From NCBI GenBank assembly GCA_000433355.1, contig FR893142.1, positions 4,772-68,771 of the forward strand: a stretch of 64,000 bases of DNA, written 5' to 3'. The notes under the pieces were generated by a model. The model made no database searches. It had not been told where the DNA came from and was given only the letters and a program-made list of their open reading frames with translations. A program made the translations under genes and the position numbers. Source of the stretch: Alistipes sp. CAG:435. Lineage in GTDB: Bacteria; Bacteroidota; Bacteroidia; Bacteroidales; UBA932. How positions within the stretch are numbered: position 1 is the first letter of the stretch; each line of letters opens with the position of its first letter. This document shows, one piece after another, positions 1-10,126 of this stretch.

Positions 1-1026
1 GCAGAAGACGCGGAACCCACGCTCCTGCATCACCTCAAGGAGGGTCTTCATCATTCCGTACATATCCACGTCACCGGCCAGGTGCGTGTCCTCGAAATAG
101 TTGCCCTCGGCGTCACGCTTCGTGCTTCTGAAATGCACGAAATCAGTCCTGTCCCCAAACTCGCGCATCATTCCGACAAGATCGTTGTCAGCCCTGATGC
201 CGAACGAACCGGTGCAGAGGCAAAGGCCGTTGGACCAGTTAGGGACCGCGGCGATCAGTTTACGGAAATCATCCGCCGTTGAAAGGATCCTTGGAAGACC
301 AAGAATCGGGAACGGTGGGTCATCCGGATGGATGACCATCCTCACTCCAACTTCGTCAGCCACTGGGCAGATCTGGCTCAGGAAGAAGATAAGATTGCTT
401 CTAAGTTTCTCTGAATCAATTCCTTCGTACCTTTCGAGCTCTTTTCTGAACTGGTCAAGGGTGAAACTCTCCTCGCTGCCAGGAAGGCCGGCGATCATCG
501 TTCGGGTGAGTTTGTGGATCTCCTCAGCGTCCATCTTCTCGAAACGTGCCTTTGCCTTGGCGATGTCCTCGGCTGAATATTCCTTCTCCGCCCCCGGTCT
601 TTTCAGGATGAAAAGGTCGAACGCCAGCAGGGCCGCGCGCTCGAAGCGCAGACAGGTCGAGCCGTCCGGAAGCCTGTAGTCCAGATCGGTACGGGTCCAG
701 TCAAGCACCGGCATGAAGTTGTAGGTCACGCACTTGATGCCGCACTCAGCGAGGTTGCGCAGAGTCTGCTTGTAGTTCTCGATATACTGGAGATAGTCCC
801 CGGTCTGGGTCTTGATGTGTTCGTGCACAGGCACGCTTTCGACCACGCTCCAGATGAGTCCCCAGTCGGCGATCATCTTCTGGCGGGCCTTGATCTCCTC
901 GACAGGCCACACCTGACCGTTAGGAATATGATGGAGAGCGTGAACGATGTCAGTCACGCCTGTCTGACGTATGTAGTCCAGAGAGATAGGATCGTTCGGG
1001 CCGTACCATCTCCAGCTCTCCCGCAT
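1..1026 (-). CDS. uxuA: D-mannonate dehydratase, partial (C-terminus lies beyond the window start)
   Basis: Reverse-strand ATG at 1024-1026 opens a 342-codon frame that runs off position 1. The translation starts [40 protein letters not shown], the characteristic UxuA N-terminus. The ORF track missed it because no stop falls inside the window. Confidence 0.85.
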   Translation of the reverse strand, partial: MRESWRWYGPNDPISLDYIRQTGVTDIVHALHHIPNGQVWPVEEIKARQKMIADWGLIWSVVESVPVHEHIKTQTGDYLQYIENYKQTLRNLAECGIKCVTYNFMPVLDWTRTDLDYRLPDGSTCLRFERAALLAFDLFILKRPGAEKEYSAEDIAKAKARFEKMDAEEIHKLTRTMIAGLPGSEESFTLDQFRKELERYEGIDSEKLRSNLIFFLSQICPVADEVGVRMVIHPDDPPFPILGLPRILSTADDFRKLIAAVPNWSNGLCLCTGSFGIRADNDLVGMMREFGDRTDFVHFRSTKRDAEGNYFEDTHLAGDVDMYGMMKTLLEVMQERGFRVFC

Positions 1027-1052
1027 TAAAAATAAATCTTTATTCATATTCC

Positions 1053-1871
1053 TTAGATCGAGAAAGCGTCAAAACCTCCGTCCACAACATTGATAGTTCC
1101 CGTCACGGCCTTGGAGGCGTCGGAAGCCAGCCAGTGGAGGGTTCCGAGAAGTTCCTCCGGCTCAAGGAAACGTCCGAACGGAGTGTGGGCCAAAATCTTG
1201 TGAGAGCGGTCGGTCAGACTGCCGTCAGGATTCGTGAGCAGGGAACGGTTCTGGTTCGTGAGCAGGAATCCCGGAGCGATGGCGTTGACCCTGAAGCCCT
1301 CGCCGAACTTTATCGCAAGCTCGCCGGCCAGATACTTGGTCCAGTTGGCCACAGCGGCCTTGGCCACACCATAACCGGCCACACGTGTGAGAGGCCTGAG
1401 TGAAGTCTCGCTGCAGAAGTTGATGATCGAACCTTTCTTCTTTCCTACCATCGCCTTGGCGAACACCATAGTAGGAAGGATAGTGCCGAACAGGTTGAGA
1501 TCCACCACCTTGCGCACAGCCTCAACATCCAGGTCGAAGATTGTCTTCTCAGGCGGAACCGTCGCGGCGGCCATGTTGCCTCCGGCGGCGTTAAGCAGGA
1601 TATCGATCCCGCCAAACTTCGCCACGATCTCCTTGCAGTTTGCCTCAAGTGTATCCTTGTCAAGCACATTTGTAGCGAGGAAGCAAGCCTCACCACCCTC
1701 TGCCTTGATCTCGGCCACAATGGCCTCACCCTTCTCGGCGGCACGGTCAAGATCCAGAAGAGCGACCTTCGCGCCTTGCGCGGCGAAATATTTCACAATT
1801 GTGGCTCCGAGAACCCCGCAGGCCCCCGTCATCACCACCACTTTACCTTTGATGTCAAAAAGATTATCCAT
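1053..1871 (-). CDS. uxuB: SDR-family oxidoreductase, likely D-mannonate oxidoreductase (Bacteroides-type UxuB)
   Basis: Rossmann motif TGACGVLG at the N-terminus, 272 aa. It sits immediately upstream of uxuA in the same orientation. Confidence 0.6.
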   Translation of the reverse strand: MDNLFDIKGKVVVMTGACGVLGATIVKYFAAQGAKVALLDLDRAAEKGEAIVAEIKAEGGEACFLATNVLDKDTLEANCKEIVAKFGGIDILLNAAGGNMAAATVPPEKTIFDLDVEAVRKVVDLNLFGTILPTMVFAKAMVGKKKGSIINFCSETSLRPLTRVAGYGVAKAAVANWTKYLAGELAIKFGEGFRVNAIAPGFLLTNQNRSLLTNPDGSLTDRSHKILAHTPFGRFLEPEELLGTLHWLASDASKAVTGTINVVDGGFDAFSI

Positions 1872-1890
1872 GATTGTTGTTACTTGTTGA

Positions 1891-3750
1891 TTATTTGACA
1901 GGCATTGACTTGATCACCTTGGTGTTGATCTCGTTCAATTTCTTCTCATTCATCTTCACGACCTTCCTGTCGTAGGTCATGAGGCCGTTTACCTCACCCT
2001 CGACATCGGTCGTCTGAGTGTAAACCGCGCCGCAGACACCCTGCCTTACCAGCAGGATAAGGTGATCGGCGAACCTTGAATATTCATCAAGCACCTCGTC
2101 GCCGCTCTTGTACTGGACATAGCCCCAGTTGCGGTCAGGCTGCCACAGATGCCCCTCAAGCGGAAGACCGATGCCGCCATATTCACCCACCACATTCGCC
2201 ATCTTGGTCTCCCAAAGGTACATCGCCGGATAAGGATAGTGGTGGTTGTCCATGATGTCGCCGCAATCAGGCTCCCAGCTGCCTCCTGAGGACATGTTGA
2301 TAAGTCTTGTAGGATCCTGCGCCCTCGTGAAATCAACGACGGCCTTGGTGTCGAACTGTCCCCAGGCCTCGTTGAACGGAACCCACATCACCACGCAAGG
2401 GAACTTCCTGACCTGCGCGATGATCTCGCCCCATTCCTTATAATAGTTGGCCTTGGCCATCGGCGTGGCAGGGAAATCCGTGCCCTCGCCGTAGTTGTGT
2501 ATTCCCCACTTGTTGAGATTGTTGCCGGCAAAGGACGGCATGTCCTGCCAGACCATCATGCCGATCTGGTCGCAATGGTAGAACCAGCGCGAAGGCTCGA
2601 CCTTGATGTGCTTACGGATCATGTTGAAACCGAAGTCCTTGGTTTTTTGAATATCAAACCTCAAAGCCTCGTCGGTAGGAGCGGTGTATAGCCCGTCCGG
2701 CCACCAGCCCTGGTCCAGAGGGCCGAACTGGAAGAGAGGCTGACCGTTGAGAGCCATCAGTTTCGTGTTCTTGTTCTTGACGAACAATGAGACCTCCCTC
2801 ATTGCCGTGTAGCCGTTGACAGCATCGATCGTCTTTCCGCCGCGGACCACGGTAACCCGGAGACCATAGAGATAAGGCGAGTCCGGAGACCACAGCCGTG
2901 GATCCTCCACAGGAAGCGTCACCGTGCCTCCCGGAACAGTCTTTCCCCGGGCGATGACCTTGCCGGAGGCATTGTCGGTCGAATAGCCGACACCGCCCTC
3001 AAGAAGCTCCACCTTCACGACATCGCCTTCCAAAGCGCCCTCAGTGGTCACAGTGACATCGACCTTCCCCGCCTTGATGTCGGAGACAGCGTAGTAGTCA
3101 GCGACATGCGCCTTGGCCACCGGCTCGATCCAGACACTCTGCCAGATACCCGACACAGCGGTGTACCAGATGCCACTCGGCGTCCGGACCTGCTTGCCGC
3201 GAGGTTGGAAATCATTATCCGTAGAATCCTCGACCCTGACAACCAATGTGTTGTCGCCGGACTTCAGATAAGGAGTGATGTCAAAGGAGAAATGCGTGTA
3301 GCCGCCGGTGTGCCTTCCGACCTGGACATCGTTGACAATCACATCGGCCTGCCAGTCAACCGCCTCGAAGTTCAGCAGCAGACGCTTGCCCTTCCACGCC
3401 GACGGCACTCTGAACGTCGTCCTGTACCATAGGGCATCCTCTGGAGTGAATGTACGTCCTACTCCCGAAAGTGAGGATTCCACAGCGAATGGAACAAGAA
3501 TCTGCCCGTCAAACTTTTCCGGGACAGCAGCGTTCTTTAGAGTTATTGAATATTCCCACAGACCGTTCAGGGATTTCCATTCGGGCCTTACCATCTGAGG
3601 GCGAGGATATTCCTTATGGACATTCTCCGGCGTGACCTCCTCGGCCCACGCCGTCCTGATGCGGTCGCCGGCAGGCGCCCAACTTTGGGCCGATACTGTT
3701 CCGGCAGTCATCAGGGACAATACCAGAGCGGTGCAAAGACAATTCTTCAT
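1891..3750 (-). CDS. Secreted GH2-family glycoside hydrolase (beta-galactosidase/beta-glucuronidase-like)
   Basis: 619 aa with signal peptide MKNCLCTALVLSLMTAGTVSA. GH2 TIM-barrel motifs are present: NEAW acid/base and GEYGG nucleophile. It is first in the operon with uxuB-uxuA. Confidence 0.65.
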   Translation of the reverse strand: MKNCLCTALVLSLMTAGTVSAQSWAPAGDRIRTAWAEEVTPENVHKEYPRPQMVRPEWKSLNGLWEYSITLKNAAVPEKFDGQILVPFAVESSLSGVGRTFTPEDALWYRTTFRVPSAWKGKRLLLNFEAVDWQADVIVNDVQVGRHTGGYTHFSFDITPYLKSGDNTLVVRVEDSTDNDFQPRGKQVRTPSGIWYTAVSGIWQSVWIEPVAKAHVADYYAVSDIKAGKVDVTVTTEGALEGDVVKVELLEGGVGYSTDNASGKVIARGKTVPGGTVTLPVEDPRLWSPDSPYLYGLRVTVVRGGKTIDAVNGYTAMREVSLFVKNKNTKLMALNGQPLFQFGPLDQGWWPDGLYTAPTDEALRFDIQKTKDFGFNMIRKHIKVEPSRWFYHCDQIGMMVWQDMPSFAGNNLNKWGIHNYGEGTDFPATPMAKANYYKEWGEIIAQVRKFPCVVMWVPFNEAWGQFDTKAVVDFTRAQDPTRLINMSSGGSWEPDCGDIMDNHHYPYPAMYLWETKMANVVGEYGGIGLPLEGHLWQPDRNWGYVQYKSGDEVLDEYSRFADHLILLVRQGVCGAVYTQTTDVEGEVNGLMTYDRKVVKMNEKKLNEINTKVIKSMPVK

Positions 3751-3773
3751 TTTGATTTGTTATTTGCTATTTG

Positions 3774-5348
3774 TTATTTGATCAGATTCCCGAGTATGGA
3801 GCGGCTCAGTTCCCTGGTCACGGTGCGGGTAGCCGCCGAAGTGGCGCTCTTCACCACCTTGTTGCCGGTGCTTACCTTCTTGGTCTTTTGGGTCTTACCG
3901 CCGGCCACCTTGTTGGAGACAGCGGTGCCGACAGATGCGGCAACGGACGCAGTCACAGCCGTGAAAACCGCCTTGGCAAGCTTGCCGAACAGGCCGCCAC
4001 CCTTGGCGGACTTATTCTCGGTCTCCTTGGCCTGTGCCTCCGCCGCGGCTTCCTCCTCGTCCTTACGGGCCTGCGCCAGCAGCACCTCGAACGCGCTCTC
4101 ACGGTCAACAGGAGTGTCGTACTTCCCGTAGATTCTGGACGACTTTATCAACTGGCTTCTCTGCGAGGCGTCGATGGCTCCGATCTGGCTGAGCGGGAAC
4201 AGTATTTTAGCCTTCTGGACCACCCCGGGAGCGCCTTTTTCGTCAAGGAAGGAGACCAAGGCCTCACCGGTGCCAAGGTTCATGATGGCCTCGGATGTGT
4301 CAAACGCAGGATTGGCCCTGAAAGTCTCGGCGGCCACCTTGACAGCCTTCTGATCCTTAGGCGTGAACGCCCTCAGCGCATGCTGGACCCTGTTGCCGAG
4401 CTGGCCGAGGATGCTTTCCGGAATGTCAGTCGGACTCTGGGTCACGAAATAGACACCCACACCCTTGCTCCTGATGAGTCTTACGACCTGTTCGATCTTG
4501 TCTGTCAAGGCCTTTGGCGTGTCGTCAAAGAGCATGTGCGCCTCATCGAAGAAGAACACCAACTTAGGCAGATCCATGTCACCGACCTCCGGAAGGGTTG
4601 AATATAACTCTGAAAGTAGCCAAAGAAGGAACGTGGAATATAGCTTCGGCTTCATCATCAGCCTGTCTGCGGCCAGGACGCTCATCACGCCTTTTCCTCC
4701 CTCGCAGGCCAGAAGATCCTGAATATCAAAGGACGGCTCGCCGAAGAATTGGTCAGCGCCTTCATTCTCAAGGGTAAGGATCGACCTTTGGATCGCACCG
4801 ACCGAAGCGGAGGCTATGTTGCCATAGACAGACGAATATTCAGAGGCATGCGCCTGGACATAGTTCAGCATGGATCGCAGATCCTTGATGTCAAGCAGAA
4901 GCAGACCTCTTTCGTCAGCTATCCTGAACACGATGTTCAGTACCCCCTCCTGAGTGTCGTTAAGGCCAAGGACACGGCTCAAAAGCTGAGGTCCCATCTG
5001 TGAGACAGTGCACCTGAGCGGATGTCCCTGCTGTCCGAACACATCGTAGAAGCGCACCGGACAGCTTTGGAACCGCGGAGCCTCGATTCCGAACTCAGCC
5101 ATCCTCTTTTCGATGAATCCGCTCAGACGCCCCGGTTGGGATATTCCCGAAAGATCCCCTTTCATGTCCGCCATGAAGCAAGGGACCCCTGCCTGGCAGA
5201 AAGTCTCGGCCAGGACCTGAAGTGTGACTGTCTTTCCGGTACCTGTCGCTCCAGCGACAAGGCCATGCCTGTTGGCCATCTTCCCGATGATGGAAAGCGG
5301 TCCGTCTTGGCAATGGGCTACCCAAAGCCCGTTCTTAGCGTCGTACAT
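3774..5348 (-). CDS. DUF853 / HerA-like P-loop NTPase (YjgR-type) with a lysine-rich C-terminal tail
   Basis: Walker A motif GATGTGKT, 524 aa, low-complexity K/T/A-rich C-terminus. Confidence 0.6.
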   Translation of the reverse strand: MYDAKNGLWVAHCQDGPLSIIGKMANRHGLVAGATGTGKTVTLQVLAETFCQAGVPCFMADMKGDLSGISQPGRLSGFIEKRMAEFGIEAPRFQSCPVRFYDVFGQQGHPLRCTVSQMGPQLLSRVLGLNDTQEGVLNIVFRIADERGLLLLDIKDLRSMLNYVQAHASEYSSVYGNIASASVGAIQRSILTLENEGADQFFGEPSFDIQDLLACEGGKGVMSVLAADRLMMKPKLYSTFLLWLLSELYSTLPEVGDMDLPKLVFFFDEAHMLFDDTPKALTDKIEQVVRLIRSKGVGVYFVTQSPTDIPESILGQLGNRVQHALRAFTPKDQKAVKVAAETFRANPAFDTSEAIMNLGTGEALVSFLDEKGAPGVVQKAKILFPLSQIGAIDASQRSQLIKSSRIYGKYDTPVDRESAFEVLLAQARKDEEEAAAEAQAKETENKSAKGGGLFGKLAKAVFTAVTASVAASVGTAVSNKVAGGKTQKTKKVSTGNKVVKSATSAATRTVTRELSRSILGNLIK

Positions 5349-5371
5349 CGTTGTCAGTTTTATAGTATTGA

Positions 5372-5911
5372 TTAATCTTCCTTACAGAAAAACGAGAAAT
5401 GGACACGCCCGTACCTCTTCTCTTTCCTGAAATACGGATGGTCCGTGAATGAATGCTCATCCCCGTGCTCCAGGATGAAATAGCAACCGGGATGGAGAAT
5501 GTCCGCCGAGTACACCTTGTCCGGCAATGTCTCCAGTCCGTCAAGGGCGTATGGTGGATCCGCGAACACTATATCGAACTTCTCGTGACAGATGCCGAGG
5601 AAATCAAACACGTTGTCCCTGACCATCGTGACATTGTCCAGACCAAGCCGACGGGCCTCTGTCTTGATGAACGAGGCGTTCTCCCGCGCCATCTCCACCG
5701 ACCACACTCTCGCCGCCCCCCTTGAGGCGAACTCGAAAGCGACGGCCCCTGTGCCACCGAAAAGGTCAAGAACCTTCAAATCCTCAAACTCGTACTCGTT
5801 GTCAAGCACATTGAACAGACCTTCGCGGGCGAAGTCGGTGGTCGGCCTTGCATTGTAGCCGGCAGGGGGATTGACAGTTTTCCCGCGCAGTCTTCCTCCG
5901 ATTATCCTCAT
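5372..5911 (-). CDS. rsmD: 16S rRNA (guanine966-N2)-methyltransferase
   Basis: 179 aa with DLFGGTGAVAFEFASRGA and DIVFADPPY methyltransferase motifs. Confidence 0.8.
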   Translation of the reverse strand: MRIIGGRLRGKTVNPPAGYNARPTTDFAREGLFNVLDNEYEFEDLKVLDLFGGTGAVAFEFASRGAARVWSVEMARENASFIKTEARRLGLDNVTMVRDNVFDFLGICHEKFDIVFADPPYALDGLETLPDKVYSADILHPGCYFILEHGDEHSFTDHPYFRKEKRYGRVHFSFFCKED

Positions 5912-6600
5912 AGCCTTTCGACAGATTTGAAATAACGGTACAGGGACATTTCCTCCTCCTCGGTCAAAGGAGTTCTGAAATAGACCGATGACACCTCCGG
6001 ATTGAGTTGGAGCTTTCTCACGGCCATGAACAGGAAATATTCCGCGGTAGTGAAATCGGACGCACGGAACACGTTGGCCAAAAGCAGATTGCGACCCTGA
6101 GATATTCCAAGATGAAGATATCCCGCGGCGTAGGACGCGATGATCCTGTTATATTCATCGATGTTCTGCAGATCCTTCAGGATGTAGTACATCTCCGGCA
6201 GGACCTCCGCAGGTCTGCCATCGAAGTCAAGGACCGCCTGCGAGATTGTCCGGGACAGCATCTCTCCGATGGACAGGGAATATACCAATTCAGCGGCGTA
6301 TTCCGGAAGCGAGGCATGGGAAACCTCATCGCCATCGCCTATGACAACGGTGTCGGCGAGGCTTTGCCGGGCCGTTGACTCATCAAAGAACGTTCGCGGG
6401 ACCAATGCCACTTTCGGAGTGAACAGCGACACCTCCACATGCCGGTACCGCCGTTGGAACTCAGGAGCCGTGAAAACCGTGTCAGCGCCGCGCCATCCCG
6501 ATTCCGTCACGGCGCCATCATCCTCCACCTTAAAAGAATATCCATTCAAGCAGACTTGAATGGATATTCCGTTTATCTTCTGTTTTGGATTCCAATCCAT
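5908..6600 (-). CDS. DUF3822-like hypothetical protein
   Basis: 230 aa. It overlaps the rsmD start by 4 nt, the conserved Bacteroidetes pairing with rsmD. Confidence 0.45.
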   Translation of the reverse strand: MDWNPKQKINGISIQVCLNGYSFKVEDDGAVTESGWRGADTVFTAPEFQRRYRHVEVSLFTPKVALVPRTFFDESTARQSLADTVVIGDGDEVSHASLPEYAAELVYSLSIGEMLSRTISQAVLDFDGRPAEVLPEMYYILKDLQNIDEYNRIIASYAAGYLHLGISQGRNLLLANVFRASDFTTAEYFLFMAVRKLQLNPEVSSVYFRTPLTEEEEMSLYRYFKSVERL

Positions 6601-6623
6601 CTATGTCAGGTGATGACAGAGGA

Positions 6624-7337
6624 TTACTCCCAGTTACCGACGTTGTTGTTAGGCGCGGAGACACTTCCGACCATAAGACCCTCGTAACGGCCCTGATCCT
6701 CGCACTCGGCGACTTTGTTCACAACAAGCTGATGATTCATTCCGTTAAGGATGGACTTCCAAGGCATCTTAGCCTCGAACAGCGGCACATTCACACCGGA
6801 GACCTTCTTCACGACAGCGTCCATCTCGATCTTTGTCACAGCGGCGACAGTCTCACCCTCCGCGGCGAAAGGAATCTCGTCGATCTTGTTGACATCGAAA
6901 TCAGTCCTGCTGCGGAACAGGGTATCCTTGACGGCGATCTTGTTCTGGATAGAGAACACGAGTTTCTTGTCACCTTCCTGATAGAGTTTGTAAAGGCCCT
7001 CGTCGGTGATTCCCTTATGAGACTTCTTCACGTCATTGGTGTGAGCCACGGCGAGGGAGTCATCCTTTGAGCCGACCTGCATGAGAACCACCATCTCACC
7101 GTTGTTGTAGAACTGCTTGAGGGTGTCGAACGAAGCGGTGAACCTCTCGTTCACACTCTTGAACGCAACCTGGAGATCACGGATGTCCTTGAGCCTCTGG
7201 ACAGCCACTTTCTGCCTGGCCTCAACTTCCTTGTTGAATCTGACAGGTTCCATGATGCCGTCATAGATCTTGTAGACTAAAAAGATCGCGCAAAGCGCGA
7301 GTACGATGCAGATGATCGTTTTCAGTGTCTTGTTCAT
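6624..7337 (-). CDS. Hypothetical membrane-anchored protein
   Basis: 237 aa with an N-terminal signal-anchor (IICIVLALCAIFLVY). No recognisable catalytic motif. Confidence 0.4.
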   Translation of the reverse strand: MNKTLKTIICIVLALCAIFLVYKIYDGIMEPVRFNKEVEARQKVAVQRLKDIRDLQVAFKSVNERFTASFDTLKQFYNNGEMVVLMQVGSKDDSLAVAHTNDVKKSHKGITDEGLYKLYQEGDKKLVFSIQNKIAVKDTLFRSRTDFDVNKIDEIPFAAEGETVAAVTKIEMDAVVKKVSGVNVPLFEAKMPWKSILNGMNHQLVVNKVAECEDQGRYEGLMVGSVSAPNNNVGNWE

Positions 7338-7452
7338 TATTCTTTGTTTTTATGTTTTTTCTACCCATGAAAAGACTATACGTCAATTCTTGACAAAGTT
7401 AGAAAATTGATTTATGAAATGCAATATAATATTTGTAATTTTGCAGACAGCA

Positions 7453-8487
7453 ATGAAAGACATCACAGTTTTAGACAGACTGACGGGTGGTTCATCCCGC
7501 GTCACCATCGTCGTCCACACCCATCCGGACGGGGATGCGGTCGGAAGCGGAACCGCCATGTTGGGTTATCTGACAGACATAAAGCGCAAGAACGCCGCGC
7601 TGATCGTACCGGACAGCGTCCCGGACTCCATCTCCTTCATCACGAAAGGATTCGAGCCCGGAAGTGTCATCGTGTTCGAGGATGAGAGGCTGAAAGCGGA
7701 GGAATGGATCAATTCCTGTGACCTGATCATCTGTCTGGACTGCAATTCATTCTCCAGGACAGCGGACATGGAGACTCTCCTGAGGAAATCCACGGCCCGT
7801 AAGGTTCTGATCGACCATCATCTGAACCCTGAGACAGCATCCTTTGACCTGACGTTCTCAAAGGAAGGGATATCCTCGGCCAGCGAGCTTCTGTTCTGGA
7901 TCCTGATGGAGACGCCGGAGATCGAAGGAGACGCGTCTCGTCTGCCGGCAAGATGCGCCGCCTCCCTGCTTACCGGAATGACGACTGACACGAACAACTT
8001 CTCGAACTCTGTCTTTCCAAGCACGTTCGAGATGGCCTCAAGACTGATCGAAGCCGGAGTGGACCGTGACGCCATACTCGTCAGCCTGTACAACAACTAC
8101 AGGGAGAACCGCCTGAGGCTCATGGGGTTCCTTATGAGCGAAAAGCTCACGATCACCCCGCGCGGCGTCGCTTTCATCATCCTGGACAAGGAGACCCAGG
8201 ACAGGTTTGACTTCAAAAGAGGCGAAAGCGAAGGCTTCGTGAACATGCCGTTGTCTGTGGCGGAGGTGCGCATGAGCATATTCCTGACCCAGGAGGACGA
8301 CATATTCAAAGTGTCCATCCGCTCAAAGAAGGGAGTCTCGGCGAATGACTGCGCCGCAAGATACTTCAACGGCGGCGGACATGAGCAGGCGGCCGGAGGA
8401 AAGCTCACCGCCGGGAAAGACCTGGCCTCCCTCAAGGACGCCGAGGCATACATCTTGAAAGTAACGAATGAGTTTTTTGGAATATGA
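7453..8487 (+). CDS. nrnA: DHH-family phosphoesterase (NrnA-like oligoribonuclease / pAp phosphatase)
   Basis: DHH motif HTHPDGDAVGSG and a DHHA1-type C-terminus ending GGGHEQAAGG. The start was moved from 7414 to the MKDIT ATG at 7453. Confidence 0.7.
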   Translation: MKDITVLDRLTGGSSRVTIVVHTHPDGDAVGSGTAMLGYLTDIKRKNAALIVPDSVPDSISFITKGFEPGSVIVFEDERLKAEEWINSCDLIICLDCNSFSRTADMETLLRKSTARKVLIDHHLNPETASFDLTFSKEGISSASELLFWILMETPEIEGDASRLPARCAASLLTGMTTDTNNFSNSVFPSTFEMASRLIEAGVDRDAILVSLYNNYRENRLRLMGFLMSEKLTITPRGVAFIILDKETQDRFDFKRGESEGFVNMPLSVAEVRMSIFLTQEDDIFKVSIRSKKGVSANDCAARYFNGGGHEQAAGGKLTAGKDLASLKDAEAYILKVTNEFFGI

Positions 8488-9032
8488 CAAAGAATCTCAT
8501 CATACCAGCCCTGATGGGCATGGCCGCTCTTGTCTCTTCTTGCGGCAAGAGCGAGGTCGAGAACGCCTATACCCAGCAGGACAAGAACATCGAATCTCTG
8601 GTCAAATCCCTTGCTCCGGAAGAATCCGAGGCGACGGTCGATTATCTTGACGGCGTCGTAAGGGTCACCGTGAAGCACGGAGAAGGGGCCGCGCTTGAGA
8701 GCGGCGGAACCGTGTCCTTCTACTATGCGGGACACTGCATCAACAGTTCCAGCCTCAGTTCCGGGAATATGTTCGTGACCAACAGCAAAGAATTCGCCGA
8801 ATCCTACAACTGGACGGTGACCGACTCCACCATCTTTCAGGTCAGCACGGTCGATCTCGCGAAGGACAACCTTGTCAAAGGCCTGAAAAAAGGCATCGTA
8901 GGGGTCAAGGCCGGAGATGAATGTTACATCATGTTCAACGGAAAGTACGGATTCGGGAAGCACACGAACGGAACCGTGCCAGGAAATTCGGCTTTGGCCT
9001 ATCATTTGTGGATAAGCAGCGTCTCGAATTAA
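8484..9032 (+). CDS. FKBP-type peptidyl-prolyl isomerase lipoprotein
   Basis: Lipobox LVSSC. FKBP-like core (GTVSFYYAGH, ECYIMFNGKYGFG). Its start overlaps the nrnA stop by 4 nt. Confidence 0.6.
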   Translation: MTKNLIIPALMGMAALVSSCGKSEVENAYTQQDKNIESLVKSLAPEESEATVDYLDGVVRVTVKHGEGAALESGGTVSFYYAGHCINSSSLSSGNMFVTNSKEFAESYNWTVTDSTIFQVSTVDLAKDNLVKGLKKGIVGVKAGDECYIMFNGKYGFGKHTNGTVPGNSALAYHLWISSVSN

Positions 9033-9035
9033 TCA

Positions 9036-10115
9036 ATGAGAAAAAAGGAAACTGTTATGAATATATCAAAGAAAGCAACTTCATCTTTGCGTTGTACGGC
9101 CGCCGTGGCCATTCTTGCCTTGGCGTCATCCTGCGCGAAGGAAACCACAACCTACGAGAACGATGACGTGAAACTCTACCTGGACGCTTGGATGAGCGTG
9201 AACCATCCGGGAGTCCAGCCGACCGGCCTTGGAGTTTACATCATCGATGACCAGCCTGGCTCCGGAGAGGCTGTCACGGATGATGACTATTATTACTTCA
9301 TCCGCTACACGGCCACGGATCTGAACGGAAACATCAGCGGCACGTCCGAAGAGAAAGTGGCGCAGCAGACAGGAAGCTACACGAAAGGCAACTACTATGG
9401 TCCGACAGTGGTGATGGACTCTTACTATGCCACCCAGCCGGGTGTTCTGGAAGCCATCAAGGGCATGAAGGTCGGCGGAACAAGGACAGTGGTCGTGCCT
9501 GGATGGCTCAACTCAACCATATCATCATCAACCGGCGAGAAATACTACACTACCGCTGAGGAATTCTACAAGAACAAGAGCGGGAGCAACACAATCTACA
9601 CTCTTACCTTGACCGACAAGACCGACAACATCAACAAATGGGAGGTCGATTCGTTGGAAAGGTACACAGCTCGCATGATGAACGATGTTGACTCCACATT
9701 CTACGGGTACTACTACCAACAGCTCAAGGAGCCTACTGACACAACCACATTCCCGCGTGACACGACATTCTACATCAACTACATAGGGAGGCTTCTCAAC
9801 GGTCAGGTGTTCGACACCACAATCGAGGACACCGCCAAGTTCTACGGAATTTACTCCTCGTCAAAGACTTACAAGCCTCAAATGGTCAAGTTGAACGAGA
9901 CCTACACCGAAATCACTCTCGGAGGGTCAAGCAGTTCGGACGGAAGCACCACAATCGATGGATTCGCCTACTGCCTCTCAAAACTGAAATCCTACGAGAA
10001 AGGAATCTGCGCGTTCTACTCGGCTTTGGGCTACAAATACAGCGGCAGCGGAAACGTGATTCCAAAATTTGCCCCTTTGACTTTCGAGATCGAGATTGTT
10101 GACAAAGAAGAATAA
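9036..10115 (+). CDS. FKBP-type PPIase lipoprotein with two FKBP-like domains
   Basis: Lipobox LASSC. Repeated FKBP-like segments (GVYIIDDQPGSG ... GTRTVVVPGW and YINYIGRLLNGQVFDTT ... FEIEIV). An alternative start lies at 9057. Confidence 0.55.
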   Translation: MRKKETVMNISKKATSSLRCTAAVAILALASSCAKETTTYENDDVKLYLDAWMSVNHPGVQPTGLGVYIIDDQPGSGEAVTDDDYYYFIRYTATDLNGNISGTSEEKVAQQTGSYTKGNYYGPTVVMDSYYATQPGVLEAIKGMKVGGTRTVVVPGWLNSTISSSTGEKYYTTAEEFYKNKSGSNTIYTLTLTDKTDNINKWEVDSLERYTARMMNDVDSTFYGYYYQQLKEPTDTTTFPRDTTFYINYIGRLLNGQVFDTTIEDTAKFYGIYSSSKTYKPQMVKLNETYTEITLGGSSSSDGSTTIDGFAYCLSKLKSYEKGICAFYSALGYKYSGSGNVIPKFAPLTFEIEIVDKEE

Positions 10116-10126
10116 GGAAGAATATA

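Noticed and set aside
101-1029. Plus-strand ORFs (192 aa and 70 aa) at the window start.
   Set aside because: They lie opposite the clear UxuA reading frame, which runs off the window edge, so they are spurious.
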